DNA of 64,000 bases from Ascidiella aspersa (taxonomy: Eukaryota), in the NCBI GenBank assembly GCA_963924565.1, contig OZ004610.1:9424001-9488000 (forward strand), read 5' to 3'. The notes beneath the pieces were generated by a model. That model was not told the origin of the DNA and did not search any database. It was given only the letters and a program-made list of their open reading frames with translations. Positions 63,361 to 64,000 of this stretch are shown here, piece by piece. The first letter of the stretch is position 1. Each line of letters opens with the position of its first letter. Both the position numbers and the translations under genes were made by a program.

Positions 63361-64000
63361 ATAATGCGAGCTAACATGAGTGTTTTTTGTGCGATTAAGA
63401 AACCAAGCTCAAAGCGAAACTAATAGTTAACACTTCTGGGTATACAGGCTGAAATGTGTCGAAGTATTTTCAAAGTAGCGGCCACATTATTGTGTTCGTG
63501 ACCTAAAAAACTACCCAAAAAATCTAGTTTCAACCTGGGATGAAAGTTTTAATTTGACTTTTATGGCGAATATTAATATTGAATATTAATATTTTTTTAA
63601 ATAATAATTTTTTTTTCAAAAGTTTAAAAATATGGATCATCAGTCCTAAGACGGTGGTAACAGTTTTTTGGAAAAAAAATCTACGTAAATAAGTTTATTT
63701 TGGCGTTGAAATAATCTGCCAGAAATTATATGCGGACTAGCTTATGATCGAATAAGCCTATATACTTTTGAAAAACGTTGGTTTTAACAACGTGAAAATG
63801 GATAATCTTATTTTTGAACTATATGCTCTCTATATATTTTTGCCTTCTGTAGTTACATTTGTGCGATGGTCCGGTGAGCGATGCAATGCAGTGTGAAGCG
63901 GAGCTTTAGACGGAGATGTTGACAGCAGCAGTATATAATATTGAATAACATATACCGGTATCCAAACAAGCAGAGCTAATTAAATTACAATTCTGACCTT

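Overview
Eukaryotic, intron-rich animal DNA. It is probably an invertebrate chordate such as an ascidian; this is inferred from gene content, compact GT-AG introns and the MITE landscape, not proven. Most supplied ORFs are exon fragments or noise, so I rebuilt gene models by hand from splice sites and reading-frame phase. In order: (1) the 3' ten exons of an FNDC3-family tail-anchored fibronectin type III gene (+, 2009-19750) with a ~2.1 kb 3' UTR; (2) a 4-exon, apparently disordered, unrecognised gene carrying a cluster of TQT/IQT dynein light chain (LC8) type motifs (+, 22936-25118); (3) an ERICH6/FAM194-family gene (-, 38360-27312); (4) a cluster of three related secreted-protein loci on the minus strand; (5) a decayed hAT transposase (61.8-63.4 kb), many Buster-type hAT MITEs, foldback elements and tandem repeats. 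The cluster is the highlight. Its architecture is signal peptide, Cys-containing N-terminus, short collagen with a PGKxGP motif, CxC, helical neck and an F5/8 type C (discoidin) head, i.e. a collectin/ficolin body plan with a discoidin recognition domain. Copy A is complete. Copy B, inside a ~7 kb tandem duplication, has lost its ATG and collagen exon but keeps intact discoidin exons. Copy C has only the signal and collagen exons and is phase-compatible with splicing onto B.
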